A stretch of 63,986 bases of DNA, filler included, from Catajapyx aquilonaris (Eukaryota), in the NCBI GenBank assembly GCA_000934665.2. It is 3 parts of 3 records of this genome, joined end to end, with 100 filler letters (N's around TTAATTAATTAA, not from the genome) between each part and the next. Parts side by side here need not be neighbours in the genome. Positions count along the whole stretch, not along the records: positions 21,436 to 42,806 come from JYFJ02006080.1; 2 more parts are not named here. One strand, written 5' to 3'. Within the stretch, counting starts at the first letter, position 1. Each line of letters begins with the position of its first letter. The notes under the pieces were generated by a model. It was not told the origin of the DNA. It saw only the letters and a program-made list of their open reading frames with translations, and searched no databases. Position numbers and translations under genes: made by a program. Shown one piece after another: positions 23,583 through 35,076 of the stretch.

Positions 23583-26150
23583 ATGTCCAGCGACTCGGTG
23601 CGAACGGTAGGCTACATTACCTTTGCACCCTAAGTTTTCTCTCTCTCGCCAGCCCTTTCACTCGCATCTTTTTCTCTTCGCATATTTAAATTGCCTTTTT
23701 TTTATATAATTTTTGGAAGAGGGCCTTCTACAATTTCCCTTCACATTCTTTTTGCAGCGTTATTGTGGAATGCCTTTCTTAATTTTTTTATATTAGAATG
23801 GGATTGGTCTTAATTTTTTGATCGCAAGTCACACTCGTAGTCTTCGTATTGATGTGTTTTTACATGGTGAGTCAGAAGTCCTTGCCCGACACTTGACCCA
23901 CTGGCAGTTTCAGTTTGTGGTTATATAATTCGTAATCTTGAAGCTGATAAGGTCAAATTCCGCTAGTAAAATGTGCAAGTCCTGCGGAGATTAACCATAC
24001 GGAAGGATAAAAATATCACGTCCATAATTTCATAGCCGAGCAGATTCATTTTTTCCGACGCCTAATGCTTGTTCATTAGTAGGCATGTAATTTATCGTTA
24101 AATTAACTTGGGAAAATACGTACCATGATTTTAAAAGGTGTCGCAAGAATTTTTGACTGGCCACTTGTATACACTGAGAGATTGAAAGGGTTGGATTTTT
24201 TTCTTAACTCTGCTTCCTGCATTATTTACCATGCTTATGTCTGGCTCCCTTGGCATAAGAAAGCATAATTAACCAATTAAGAAAATGCTGTGAGACACTT
24301 AATGATCACACACTTTTCATTTAGAGGACTGCTACGCTGTGTATTGACGACTGTTGTTCTCAGTTTTCCAGCCTGGAGACTCCAGGATACGTTGGTTTTG
24401 CGAATCTCCCGAATCAAGTTCATCGCAAGTCGGTCAAGAAAGGATTTGAGTTCACCCTCATGGTTGTTGGTACGTTAATTTTTCAGGCGGAAAGTAGCGT
24501 TGTTATTGGCCCTTTGAATGTTTTTTTTTTTTCCAGGTGAGTCTGGACTAGGAAAGTCGACGTTGGTGAACAGCCTTTTCCTGACTGATTTGTATCCCGA
24601 GAGAGTCATTCCTGAGGCAAAAGGTTAGTTTCGTTGAAGCTTCGTTATCACATGGCCAGTATCGCAAAAACTTTCTGCAGTTGACATGTTTTTTGTCCAT
24701 ATTTTTGTATTGAGTAGATGGATGGTAATTGTTCCAAAAAAATTTCAGATAAGGTGAAGCAAACTGTGAAGTTAGATGCTTCAACAGTTGAAATTGAAGA
24801 GAGGGGAGTGAAGCTGCGATTGACGGTGGTCGACACTCCAGGGTTTGGGGATGCTATTGACAACGTCGACTGGTGAGTATCGCTGTAAACTTATTCGCAG
24901 CATGGTCGTATGTATATTGGTTTAACTTACGAACGTCACCTGCCGTTAATTTCCGACAGTTTCAAGTCCATAATAACATACATAGATGAGCAGTTTGAGC
25001 GTTTTCTTCGCGACGAGAGTGGACTCAACCGAAGAAACATTGTGGACAATCGAGTCCATTGTTGCTTCTACTTCATATCGCCATTTGGCCATGGGTAAGC
25101 GTTTTAAAAATTATTTGCACTTTTACAACAGTTGACCAATCTCGGATCGTAAAAACATTTCCTGAACGTACAGGTTGAAGCCACTGGACGTGGAGTTCAT
25201 GAAGCAGCTTCACAACAAAGTCAACATTGTCCCCGTGATAGCCAAGGCGGACGTGCTTACCAAAAAGGAAATGGCCAAGCTGAAGAAGAGGGTGAGCATG
25301 CCATACATTCACTTCATAGAACGTAACGGTAACTAAAAGTATTGGACGAATGTACCTATTCATGTCTCGATGCTTCTCCGAGGAAATGCAGACCTGTTCG
25401 GCTGCCAAGAATTGTTCAGGATTTAATTTCCAAACATGGATGTACACAAGTAATTCCGGCCCAGTAAGTCTCACAGCATCTCTCGTGTTAACCGCAGATC
25501 CTGGAGGAAATAGAGGAGCATGGAATCAAGATCTACCCGTTACCCGATTGCGATAGCGACGAGGATGAGGATTACAAGGAGCAGGTCCGCCAGCTGAAGG
25601 AGGCCGTCCCTTTCGCGGTGTGCGGTGCCAACACGGTGATTGAGGTCAAGGGCAGGAAGGTTCGAGGCCGGTTGTACCCTTGGGGAGTCGTGGAGGTTGA
25701 GAATCCAGAGCACTGCGACTTCATCAAGCTCCGGACCATGCTTATGTGAGTATCTGTGAATCAAATCGAGCTACTTGCAATATCTAAGCATAATTTTCTC
25801 CGTACAGAACCCACATGCAGGATCTACAGGAAGTAACGCAAGAAGTTCACTACGAGAGCTTCCGATCAGAGCGACTGGCCAAAGGGGTTCCGCCCGTCTA
25901 CAGAAAGTCTTCCGCACAGTAAGCCTATTATTTCTGTGGCTTTTGCCTCAGTTTGATGCTAATTCGATCTTAATTTTGCAGAAGCCAGCCACCGGCGGCC
26001 ACGGAAGGGTCCGAGAAGGACCGGATCCTGCAAGAGAAGGAAGCCGAGCTGCGTCGCATGCAGGAGATGCTGGCCAAGATGCAGGCGCAGATGCAACAGC
26101 AGGGCGGCCCAGGAAAGCCGCCTCCGCCACCACAACCGAACCAACATTAA
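23583..26150 (+). CDS. Sep1: Septin, SEPT2 group (Drosophila Sep1-like)
   Basis: Exons 23583-23606 (candidate first exon), 24364-24469, 24537-24623, 24749-24872, 24960-25094, 25174-25291, 25498-25745, 25808-25918, 25982-26150. Motifs [43 protein letters not shown] (P-loop), DTPGFG, AKAD, GRLYPWG, C-terminal [13 protein letters not shown] coil. Confidence 0.95.
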
Positions 26151-27014
26151 CTACTTTCCAAAGGACGTGGAAGGGCCTTGTTTGAAAGGAAACGGCTCTC
26201 TTGGTGGCAAATAGTCAGGGTGACAAAAGGCATATCTACCCCTCAAAAAATACTGAAGACTGCACGTCTTCCAATTGCTAGGTGTGACGAAAGTAACGAC
26301 TTTTGCTACACCCGATTTAATTCTGTTACTTACACCAGATAAAATTGCAAAAGCAGGTCGTACGATCTCATTATGATGTTCCGGAAGCCAATTTTTTCTA
26401 TTGGTTTTCTTACCAATTTTTGCGACGATCTGCTTTTTCCGCGACGTTCTCAAACGGCTCGGGGTATGACCAAGCAAGCATAATCAACACGGACTTAAAT
26501 GTATCTTGCACCGTATTATTGCGTATAGATATTTGCTAATCTCATTAGTGACAAACCAATCAAATTATTGCTCAAATTGGACCTATTATTTTGCCGATAT
26601 TTTTTCAGAGCGGGGGGGCGAAGAATCGTGCCTTTTCTCTTTGCCAAATAGCCGACGGAAACCAATTTTCTCACCAGTTTATACTTCTTCCTACTTAACG
26701 CTTCATGTTGTACGTGTGCATTGTAATAGTCATGAAGTACGGAGAGGAATTACTTGGGGAAGGGAGCAATAAAATGGCCTTTGCATGTAATTTGTTTTTT
26801 AAATGGTGACGTATTAATTGGAGGGGAGGGATGCCAAACATTATTGTGACAATCTTTTTTATTCCAAACCCCAGCCAACCTTATTAGTGCATTCATCTTG
26901 AGTATTAAGTTCCGCAATTTTTAAAATGAACTTCCACTCCTATGTTCCTGCTTTGCGTGAAATAAATTTAAAAAAAAGTGACATACATTAACTAATTTGT
27001 TTTTTAAATAGCGG

Positions 27015-28406
27015 TTACACCTTTTCGGTGCTGACGACTGATTCCTCGGTGACTTCCCATGGCTTTGCGTCCTTCTCTAGTCGGTTGTAGTCTGGGAAGT
27101 AACGGGGAGGCTCCTGCAGGGATATCCCGCCGTCTTCCATCGCTTCGAGGAAAGACTTGATCTGAAAGTACGTGCCATTATTTGCAATTGGCGCATGGTA
27201 TGTGCTGAGGGGTTAGTTACTTGATATTCTAGTGTATGACGGACTTTGGACTTCACTTGGACTTCAGTCAGATTTCAACGACTTCAGTCAGACATCCCTT
27301 GCATTTCAAGGACTTCAGTAGGATTTCAGCCTGATGACACTGGGATTTGAAAGACTTCAGTCTGATAACACTGGCATTTCAACGACTTCAGCCGGATTTC
27401 AAAGAGTTCAGGCTGATAACACCGGGATTTCAACGAATTCAGCCGGATAACACTGGCATTTCAAAGACTTCAGCCAGATTTCAAAGGGTTCAGTCTGATA
27501 ACACTGGCATTTCAACGACTTCAGTCTGATAACACTGGCATTTCAAAGAGTTCAGTCTGATAACACTGGCATTTCAACGACTTCAGTCGGACATGAAGAA
27601 TGTCACCTGGACTTCAGTCGGACTTCACGAACATTTTTGCCCGCACTTCAGTCTTGGTGTATGGACTTCACAAGTGACCAGCCCCTGGTTAAGTGCGGAT
27701 GTTTCTCACCTTGCTGCTGGTTGTGTCCTTGCTGTACTCGCAGTACATCTCGGTGATCCCGCTCTCCAGGCATCGCTGGGCCAATACCCGCCCAACGTTA
27801 AGGCAAGCTGACACGTCATTGGTGCTGTCGGAAAGAAGCGCTTAATAACATTTCCCTCGTCTCAGGGACACGCGATGATCCGAACCTGTGCAGCTGCTTC
27901 TTGATGCACCACTCCTTGGTGGATGCGGACACCACTTCCTTCCCGCTGAAGTGCTTCACGCACCCAGTGGTGTGCTGGTTGGACCTCTCCAGGTACAGCC
28001 TGTGCCAGTGGTTCCTTCCCGGGGATTCCAACCAGTAGCCTTCCGGCTTCATAGCGATCCTCATGCGCTCCAGGTTGCGAGGGTTGCGGTTGTGCACGTA
28101 GGGTCCTATCAGGCCGCTGTTTGGCCCCGAGTAGGGGTCACCAGAGCCTGAACTGCACAAGCATCGGCTGGACACAACATGCCCTGGAAATATAATATTC
28201 AACATGAACAATCACGTGGCATTTACAAATAATTACTGTACGCATTGTTGACACTCATTGTCATGCCGAATTCATTCAAAATGTGCTAACAGTACAGTAC
28301 CCTTCATATTTTTTCAATCGTTAAATAAATCTGATCACTTACCAGCGAAGAAATCCAAATTTTTTGAGCTTTTTGGACATAACATCAACCGCATGGTGGT
28401 CGCCAT
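27015..28406 (-). CDS. MRPL18: Mitochondrial ribosomal protein L18 (uL18m)
   Basis: Exons 28406-28343, 28183-27886, 27824-27710, 27161-27015, phase-consistent. NRNPRNLERMRIA, VVSASTKEW, VGRVLAQRCLESGI, GGISLQEP match uL18m. Confidence 0.93.
27250..27650. repeat. 31-bp minisatellite in MRPL18 intron 3
   Basis: Unit tctgataacactggcatttcaacgacttcag, interspersed with ~20-bp truncated variants. Confidence 0.9.
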
Positions 28407-28597
28407 CTTTAATCAGTGTCACCAGACGATTTAGCAACTAGTATTAGATGCTGAATATTAATTTTACTTAAGTTTTTCCTGACGGTTGGTTATATTTTTA
28501 ACAATTTTATAGGTGCATATGAGCATTAAAAAGTGCTAATCTGTCCAAACTGATCTAGTTTATTTAAAATTATTTGAACCTGGCAACACTTTCTAAA
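28407..28597. promoter_or_regulatory. Bidirectional promoter shared by MRPL18 and MRM1
   Basis: Only 191 bp separate the divergent ATGs (28406 minus, 28598 plus); both sit in YY1-like AA(G/A)ATGGCG motifs. Confidence 0.75.
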
Positions 28598-30213
28598 ATG
28601 GCGGTTCACATGATGGTAAGAAAACGTGTTTTTTCTTTGCAAAATTATTTTTGCACTCATTTGGCGCGATTTCTGTTCGTGAAAGGCACTTAATTTTACT
28701 TGCCCACAATTTGCGAACTCATATTTAAAATAATTGTATTGTACTGTTTGTTAATTTGCAAACCATCTCAAATGTAAAAACATTTTTCGCAAACTCTCCT
28801 TGACATGTCCATGTACTTTATTTATTATTATATTATTATATTATATTTATGTACATTAATTATTATATTATATTCATGTATATTATATTATATTATTGTA
28901 TATTAATTATATTATATTATTGTATATTAATTATATTATATTATTGTATATTAATTATATTATATTATTGTATATTTTTTATATTATTAATCTTACATAA
29001 TTATTATACTATTATTTCTTAAACTTCCTGCAATTTTACAGAGACATTTCTTGAGCGCAACGGCAATTTTGAAGCGATTCCACTCGACAAGCAGGCCTTA
29101 CAAATGGAGCAAAAACAGGTTCAAATATGGTTCAGCATCTGAAGCAGAAGCTGCGAGTGACCAGTCTGAAGCGGCTGATTCAGCACCGAGTGATGACCAC
29201 TTCACACTTCCTTCAGGTCGGCTCAGGGCAGGTGAGAGGAGTTACTTCAGCTCAAAGTTTGTCCAGAAGTACAAGTCAAAGCGACAAGGGCAGTTTGGTA
29301 TGGAAGACAGGGATGATTACATGCAACCGAAGAGCGGAGTAACCGGCGAAATACTTTACGGTGTACATCCCGTGGCTGCTGCGTTGTTAGCAAAAAGACG
29401 GCAGATCCACTGCATTTATTACAAGCCATCGGACAGTCCCTCGCTGAATCAGATCCTGGAAATGGGCTCCAGTAGTGGTAGCCTAATGCGTCAGGTGGAT
29501 CGGAGGGACTTGGAGAGATTCACCGGGAAGAGCATGGTGCATCAGGGCGTGTGCGCTGATGTGTCCGCGCTTCCTTCCGAGTCCGTGTCTAATTGCGACG
29601 TAAACGGGGTCGACATACTTATGGTTCTGGCGGGAATACACGATCCGATGAACTTCGGTGCGGCGTTGAGGTCCGCACTTTTCTTTGGAATCCGGAACAT
29701 TCTGATTTCCAAAACGGGAAGGTATTGAGCTTTTACAATGCTGTACGACCTGTATTATTATAGTACGATTCATTCGCTAGCTGTCGGATGTCTCCAGTCG
29801 TCAGCAAGGCCAGCTCGGGTGCTCTGGAGTTTATGGACGTATGGCATGCGGATGATGTTCCTGCCTTTCTGCAAAGGATGAAAGGATGTGGATGGGACGT
29901 CCTGGGAACTGCTGCTAGCGACGGAAACGTGTCATCAATCAACATTTGGGATTATCAGCCGAGCTCAAATTCGCCATTGGTGCTCGTAATCGGTGAGCAA
30001 CTTGCAATCTAAAGCGTTGAACACTAAATAATTTCATTCAACATTACAGGCAATGAAGGAAAGGGATTGGATGCAAACATTCTCGATTGCTGCACTGCGA
30101 TACTGACAATCCCACCCCACGGCACATTACCTGCCGGTATGGATTCGCTAAATGTTTCCGCCGCAGTCTCAATTTTCCTTCATTCGCTCCGTACGAAAAA
30201 GACCTCCCTTTAA
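28598..30213 (+). CDS. MRM1: Mitochondrial rRNA methyltransferase 1 (SpoU/TrmH family)
   Basis: Exons 28598-28615, 29042-29721, 29781-29992, 30050-30213. Motifs EILYGVHPV, HQGVC, GIHDPMNFGAALRSA, SPVVSKASSGALE, LVIGNEGKGL, DSLNVSAA. Confidence 0.92.
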
Positions 30214-31131
30214 AAAAAACGAAACAGCAGGTTAGTGTTAAAAAGATATTTATTGCTTAGTTATTAAACTATACATTGTTTTTGAGAGACACTCACAGTT
30301 TTTTTTTTTTTTGGTTTTGTACGAGTCTTTGCACTAATAGAGAAACTGCGTTAGGATAGCTAACAGATATCTCTACTAGTTGCAATTCTATATATATATA
30401 TTTGCATTTTACGTAATTAAATGTTGGGGATTATTTTTTTTTTGGGGGGGGGGGGTGCAATTTTACAGTGGGTAAAAAGGCAGTGAAAAAAATTTGTGAC
30501 TAGAAACTTCTTAAATACCACACAAAAAACACCTAATTGCTAGTGAATGTAAAAATTATCAAACAGGTCACATGCAGTGTTTAAGTTAAATTATGTTTGG
30601 TTAAATCCATGAAAAATTGCATAACGACTATTTGTGATGTTACTCGGCGGCGTCCTTTTTGGTGAAGCAATAAAAAAACCGAAGGCATGTTCACCGTTCA
30701 GAAATCAGTTGCGGAATTGCTCACTTACGAAACAGACAATAAAACAGTGCTCGTTATGGGCTTTAAAGTGTTCGTCCCGATATTTCGCAGTCGTGCAAAC
30801 CGACTATCTGTCACTTGAAGTTCTCGAGTTAATTTTGAACGACGGAACTAACCACTTTGCTGTTACACAAATTTTTCAATTTGCGTGACTGAGAAACAGA
30901 TGGGATTATTAGTTTTCAGGATGTTTAATTAGCATCAAGTAAGTACGGAGTCTTCTTGCAGACTTGACAGGCGTACTAAACGGCTTACATTCAGCTGTAA
31001 GCTCACTACGGCAAGAGGCTGTCCATAAATTGCGCCTGCTTTTATTTGTGGAATTTTGTCAGTAACGAGAAGAACTATTTTCCCACAATTAATTACGACA
31101 AATATGAACTTAGCCAATTAATTACCGGTGG

Positions 31132-31576
31132 CAGGGAGCATATACTACATAAGAGGCGCAAACTTCTGTCGGGCCATTGTTGTTCGCGTCTCTCTGTTTA
31201 TAGGGTGTTGCCAAGGCCGGCGGCCATCTTGACGTGTGTGGGATACCAACAAGGTATAAATAGGGTACAGGCAAAAATAAGGTCCGCCATCTTTGATGGT
31301 TTTGGCTGCCATGGCAACTACACTGCAAGAACACGCGCGAATTTGAATTCGATATTGGAAAATGGGTAAGTAAATTGTTATTGCCGTGTATTTCCATGGC
31401 AGCCAAAACTATCAAAGATGGCGGACCCCCGCGGACCTTGACTGCCTGCCTGTACCCTATTTATACCTCGTTGACATACCACACACTTCAAGAAGGCCGC
31501 CAGCCTTGGCAACGCGATAAACAGAGAGACGAAAAAAATCGAATGTTTGCGCCTCTTATGTAGTATATGCTCCCTG
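31132..31576. mobile_element. Foldback non-autonomous DNA transposon (P/Galileo-like) with ~200-bp arms
   Basis: Termini cagggagcatatactacataagaggcgcaaac / gtttgcgcctcttatgtagtatatgctccctg; flanked by ccggtgg (31125-31131) and ccagtgg (31577-31583), a 7-bp TSD with one mismatch. Confidence 0.8.
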
Positions 31577-32031
31577 CCAGTGGTTTTGCGTAATTAATGT
31601 ATCACCTGCTTGTCTAGTGAGCTCAACATAACGGTTTATGTTTTTAAAAACTGAATGCAGCACATGCAACGTACAGGGTGGCCTACTTGTGATAATTAGT
31701 TACTAATGAAGGGTTTCATTTTCTCACAGCTCCCACTATGGCCACTCTGAAGTGTACGCCTGATTACAATTGTGATAATGTGTGATTATTATCCACGAAA
31801 GAATTGGAGCCTATGTGCGATTACATGTGATTACAAGGCGACATCACGAGTGGCCTTATGTCAAACTCACGTCTGGCGGAAGTTAGATAATTGCAATGTC
31901 GTTGCAAACTCTTCCGCGTTATAATCCCAATCAGTCTCGTTAAAAAACCCAGGTTACCTGTGTTGAGTTATTTAAAGCCCGAAATTTCCATATGCCCTGC
32001 AATTATTACAAGTTGGGGGGGAAAAAGAGTG

Positions 32032-32705
32032 CTACAGCTCAACCAGCACGTCCTCTTTGATGACATCGGGTGATTGAGCGGCAGCAATCGCGGCCGCTCT
32101 GAGTTGCCTGTCCCTCATGATCCGGAGGCCCATCTCGCGGTGGAGCTCCTGGAAGGTCTTCTTCTGCCGAGGGGGGTTCCCAGACGAGGCGGGAGGTGCC
32201 GTCGAATTGACGAAGGGGTTGTGACGCTGCCGGGGCGGGGCAACCGGCAGCTCCGGACTCGCCTTACGCTGCTGCTGGACTCTCTCGGCTTCTGTCAGCC
32301 AAAAAAAAAACATTGTTCAGCAGGTGGTTAGGTTATTATTAAATTATCAATTATTAGTTATTGGTTATTAATTATGAGTTATTACCTAGCAGAACTATTA
32401 GTTATTAGTTTTTTTACTTATTTTTAATCATCAGTTATTATGAGTTACTGCCAAGTTATTAATTATCACTTATAAAATGGGTTGTTACTTATCAGTAATA
32501 AATATTAATAAATTAGGGGTTATAAAATTGGTTATAAAATTATATGAATAAATTATTTGTTAGAAAATTATATGAATAAATTATTTGTTAGAAAATTATA
32601 TGAATAAATTATTTGTTATAAAATTATATGAATAAATTATTGGTTATAAAATTATATGAATAAATTATTGGTTATAAAATTATATGAATAAATTATTGGT
32701 TATAA

Positions 32706-32750
<45 letters not shown>

Positions 32751-33764
32751 TCATACCCCGTTATCAGCCATCGGCTCTTTAGGGGGGACGTTTGTTTTGC
32801 CTGGAACTCTTTGCTTTTCATTTTACTGCGCTCTTTGGGATAGGATAGGGACGGAAGGAAGCGGCTGTGGCCTATTAATTACGGAAGCAACTCCGGAATT
32901 TTCCTGGAAGGACCGTGGGAAACCACAGAAAACCATGGTCAGAGTTGCCGGCCCCGGGATTCGAACCCAGGACCTCCCGATTAGCAGTCGGACGCCTTAT
33001 CCACTATGCCAACCTGCTTCGGTTGTTATAAAATTATATGAATAAATTATTGGTTATAAAATTAGTGTTAATAAATTATTGGTTGTAAAATTAGTGTTAA
33101 CAAATTATGGGTTATAAAATTAGAATCAATAAATTTTTGACTGTAAAATATTTAAATTAGTGTTATAAAATTATTAATTTATCGGTTATTAAATTAGTAA
33201 TAAATTATTAGTTATTAACTAATACATTGTTATTATTATGTTAGTTATTAAATTATTTTCAGTGCGTTGGACATTATTGCATCCGAACCCGTTACCTCCG
33301 ATCTCCTCAAGCTGCCTTTGAAGCTCGGCCACCATGAGCTTGAGGTAGTCGTAACTGGCGCAGGCCAACGCCTTCATCCAGCTCTCCATGGCCTCCTGGG
33401 AATCCGCTCCCATCACGTAGACCCGATTGGCCATCCCGTGAAACACGATCTTGAAGGAGAACTGCTCCTCGTCCTCCGCCAGCTCTGGAACCCCCCCCAA
33501 AGGAAAGGATATTAGGAGCCTGTCTGTCCCACACGCCCTCCGTCCGATGCGCAACCGACCTATGGTGCATCCCTCCAGGATGATGACCCCGACCGGCTCC
33601 TTGTCCCCCTTCCTCTCGAAGTAGAAGAGCAGGTTCCCCTTGAGGACGAACCACCTCTTCTGGTAGCTCTTGTTGACCTCCCCCCGCTTCATCAGCCAGC
33701 CGTCCTTGTCCACTGGTGTGGCCGAGGTGGCAAACGCAGCCAGGTTCTTCTCGTTGATCTTCAT
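32032..33764 (-). CDS. PHETA1: Sesquipedalian / IPIP27 PH-domain endocytic adaptor
   Basis: Exons 33764-33560, 33484-33296, 32291-32032. MKINEKNL..GWLMKRGEVNKSYQKRWFVLKGNLLFYF PH domain, WMKALACASYDYL, C-terminal F&H motif FQELHREMG. Invertebrate co-ortholog of PHETA1/2. Confidence 0.9.
32520..33200. repeat. ~29-bp AT-rich minisatellite in the sesquipedalian intron, split by a SINE
   Basis: Repeated aaaattatatgaataaattatt(t/g)gttat units on both sides of the SINE. Confidence 0.8.
32705..33023 (-). mobile_element. tRNA-derived SINE, family A, with (ATT)n tail
   Basis: Minus strand starts accgaagcaggTTGGCATAGTGG..GGTTCGAATCC (A and B boxes). Homologs at 58066-58415, 45573-45984 and a fragment at ~20545-20590. 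Confidence 0.88.
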
Positions 33765-35076
33765 CCTTTGCTGCTCCCTGCTCCGTACCCTACCAAAATC
33801 ATTATCAGTACATTGCTCAACCGCAGCAGTGTCCACTAGACGCTGCACCGTGTGTGTGTCGGTTGAGGGTCAGTACTTCCTCCCGTTGTTGTGTCCTCCA
33901 AGGCGGTGTGGCATCTGCACAATGCTCGTTACGCTCTTTTGCAGCCAGATAATGAGGCTTTTCAATTAGGAAGGAAACAATGCAATAAAAGAAAGAAACA
34001 AAAAAATAATAAAATTTACCACACCTCTTTCTGGTATCGACTGTCAGCTATCGACATCTGTTTTTATAAACAGTTGCGATCGCACGATCGATAGCATCAT
34101 GGTTAAAGCAGCTTAATTGGGAATAACTGTTACTATCAAATGTGGGGGGCGATTTTAAAGCAACTTTTGTGATGCTATATTCATAATTAGGCGCTGAACA
34201 GCTTCTAATTGAAGTGCCCGAGACTACGGCGCGGTGTTTCAACTAATTGCTGATCATATTTGGCTAGTTTGTGCTCATAAGCTAATGTGATGTAGCAGCT
34301 AGTTTTGCTGTAAGCTGCTTTCTTGTTGTTGTTTACTTATTGTTGTCACGTGCTTCGTTTGGGCTCCATATTTTTCATTATCGGCTTCGATTTTTATCAA
34401 TATTTTAATGCATGGTGATTGGTGGGTATTTATCGGGTTGGATTAACTCCAGTTGCGTGGTAACCATTGCGGTTTTACAGGAGATATTGTGGTAAGAAGA
34501 GTTGGATGCGTACAGCAGTTGTAATTAATTGGTAATTAGTATTTAAATTAATAAGTGCTTACATAATAAATGAGCATGTCACGTGTCAGCAACTTAATTA
34601 TTTTTGTTAATTATCGGTACAGTACTGTAAAATTGTATAAAATGTTCCATACAAACTTAGTGTTCTTAGCATATAGAACAAGATGAAGTTTCTACAGTAT
34701 ATATCTATAAAATTAATAAATAACATATTTTCAAAATCTATGTATGTAAGACAAAGTTTCTTCATTTTTTTTTGTTTGCCCACGGCAACGGGATTTTGTT
34801 GGTATAATTACCATGAAAACGGGCTGTGCGAAGAACGGGCTCCGCTGCTAGTATCTAAATAGATAAATGAGTTCTATTAATGATAGAAAGTCTGATAATA
34901 GAGCACAGTGTGTAGCAACATATTCATAATCAGATAAGCTAATCAGAGGTTTCAGGTTTTCCCAGGAGCCGCAATAACACTTCAGATTAAATCTGGGTTT
35001 TCCGGATAATAAGGTGCGTATATAAGCGACTGGAGACGATACGTAATTTTGCAGTACACCAGTACAAAGCCTGACG

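Noticed and set aside
28810..29010. Near-pure A/T tract in MRM1 intron 1
   Set aside because: Simple low-complexity (tattata) expansion.
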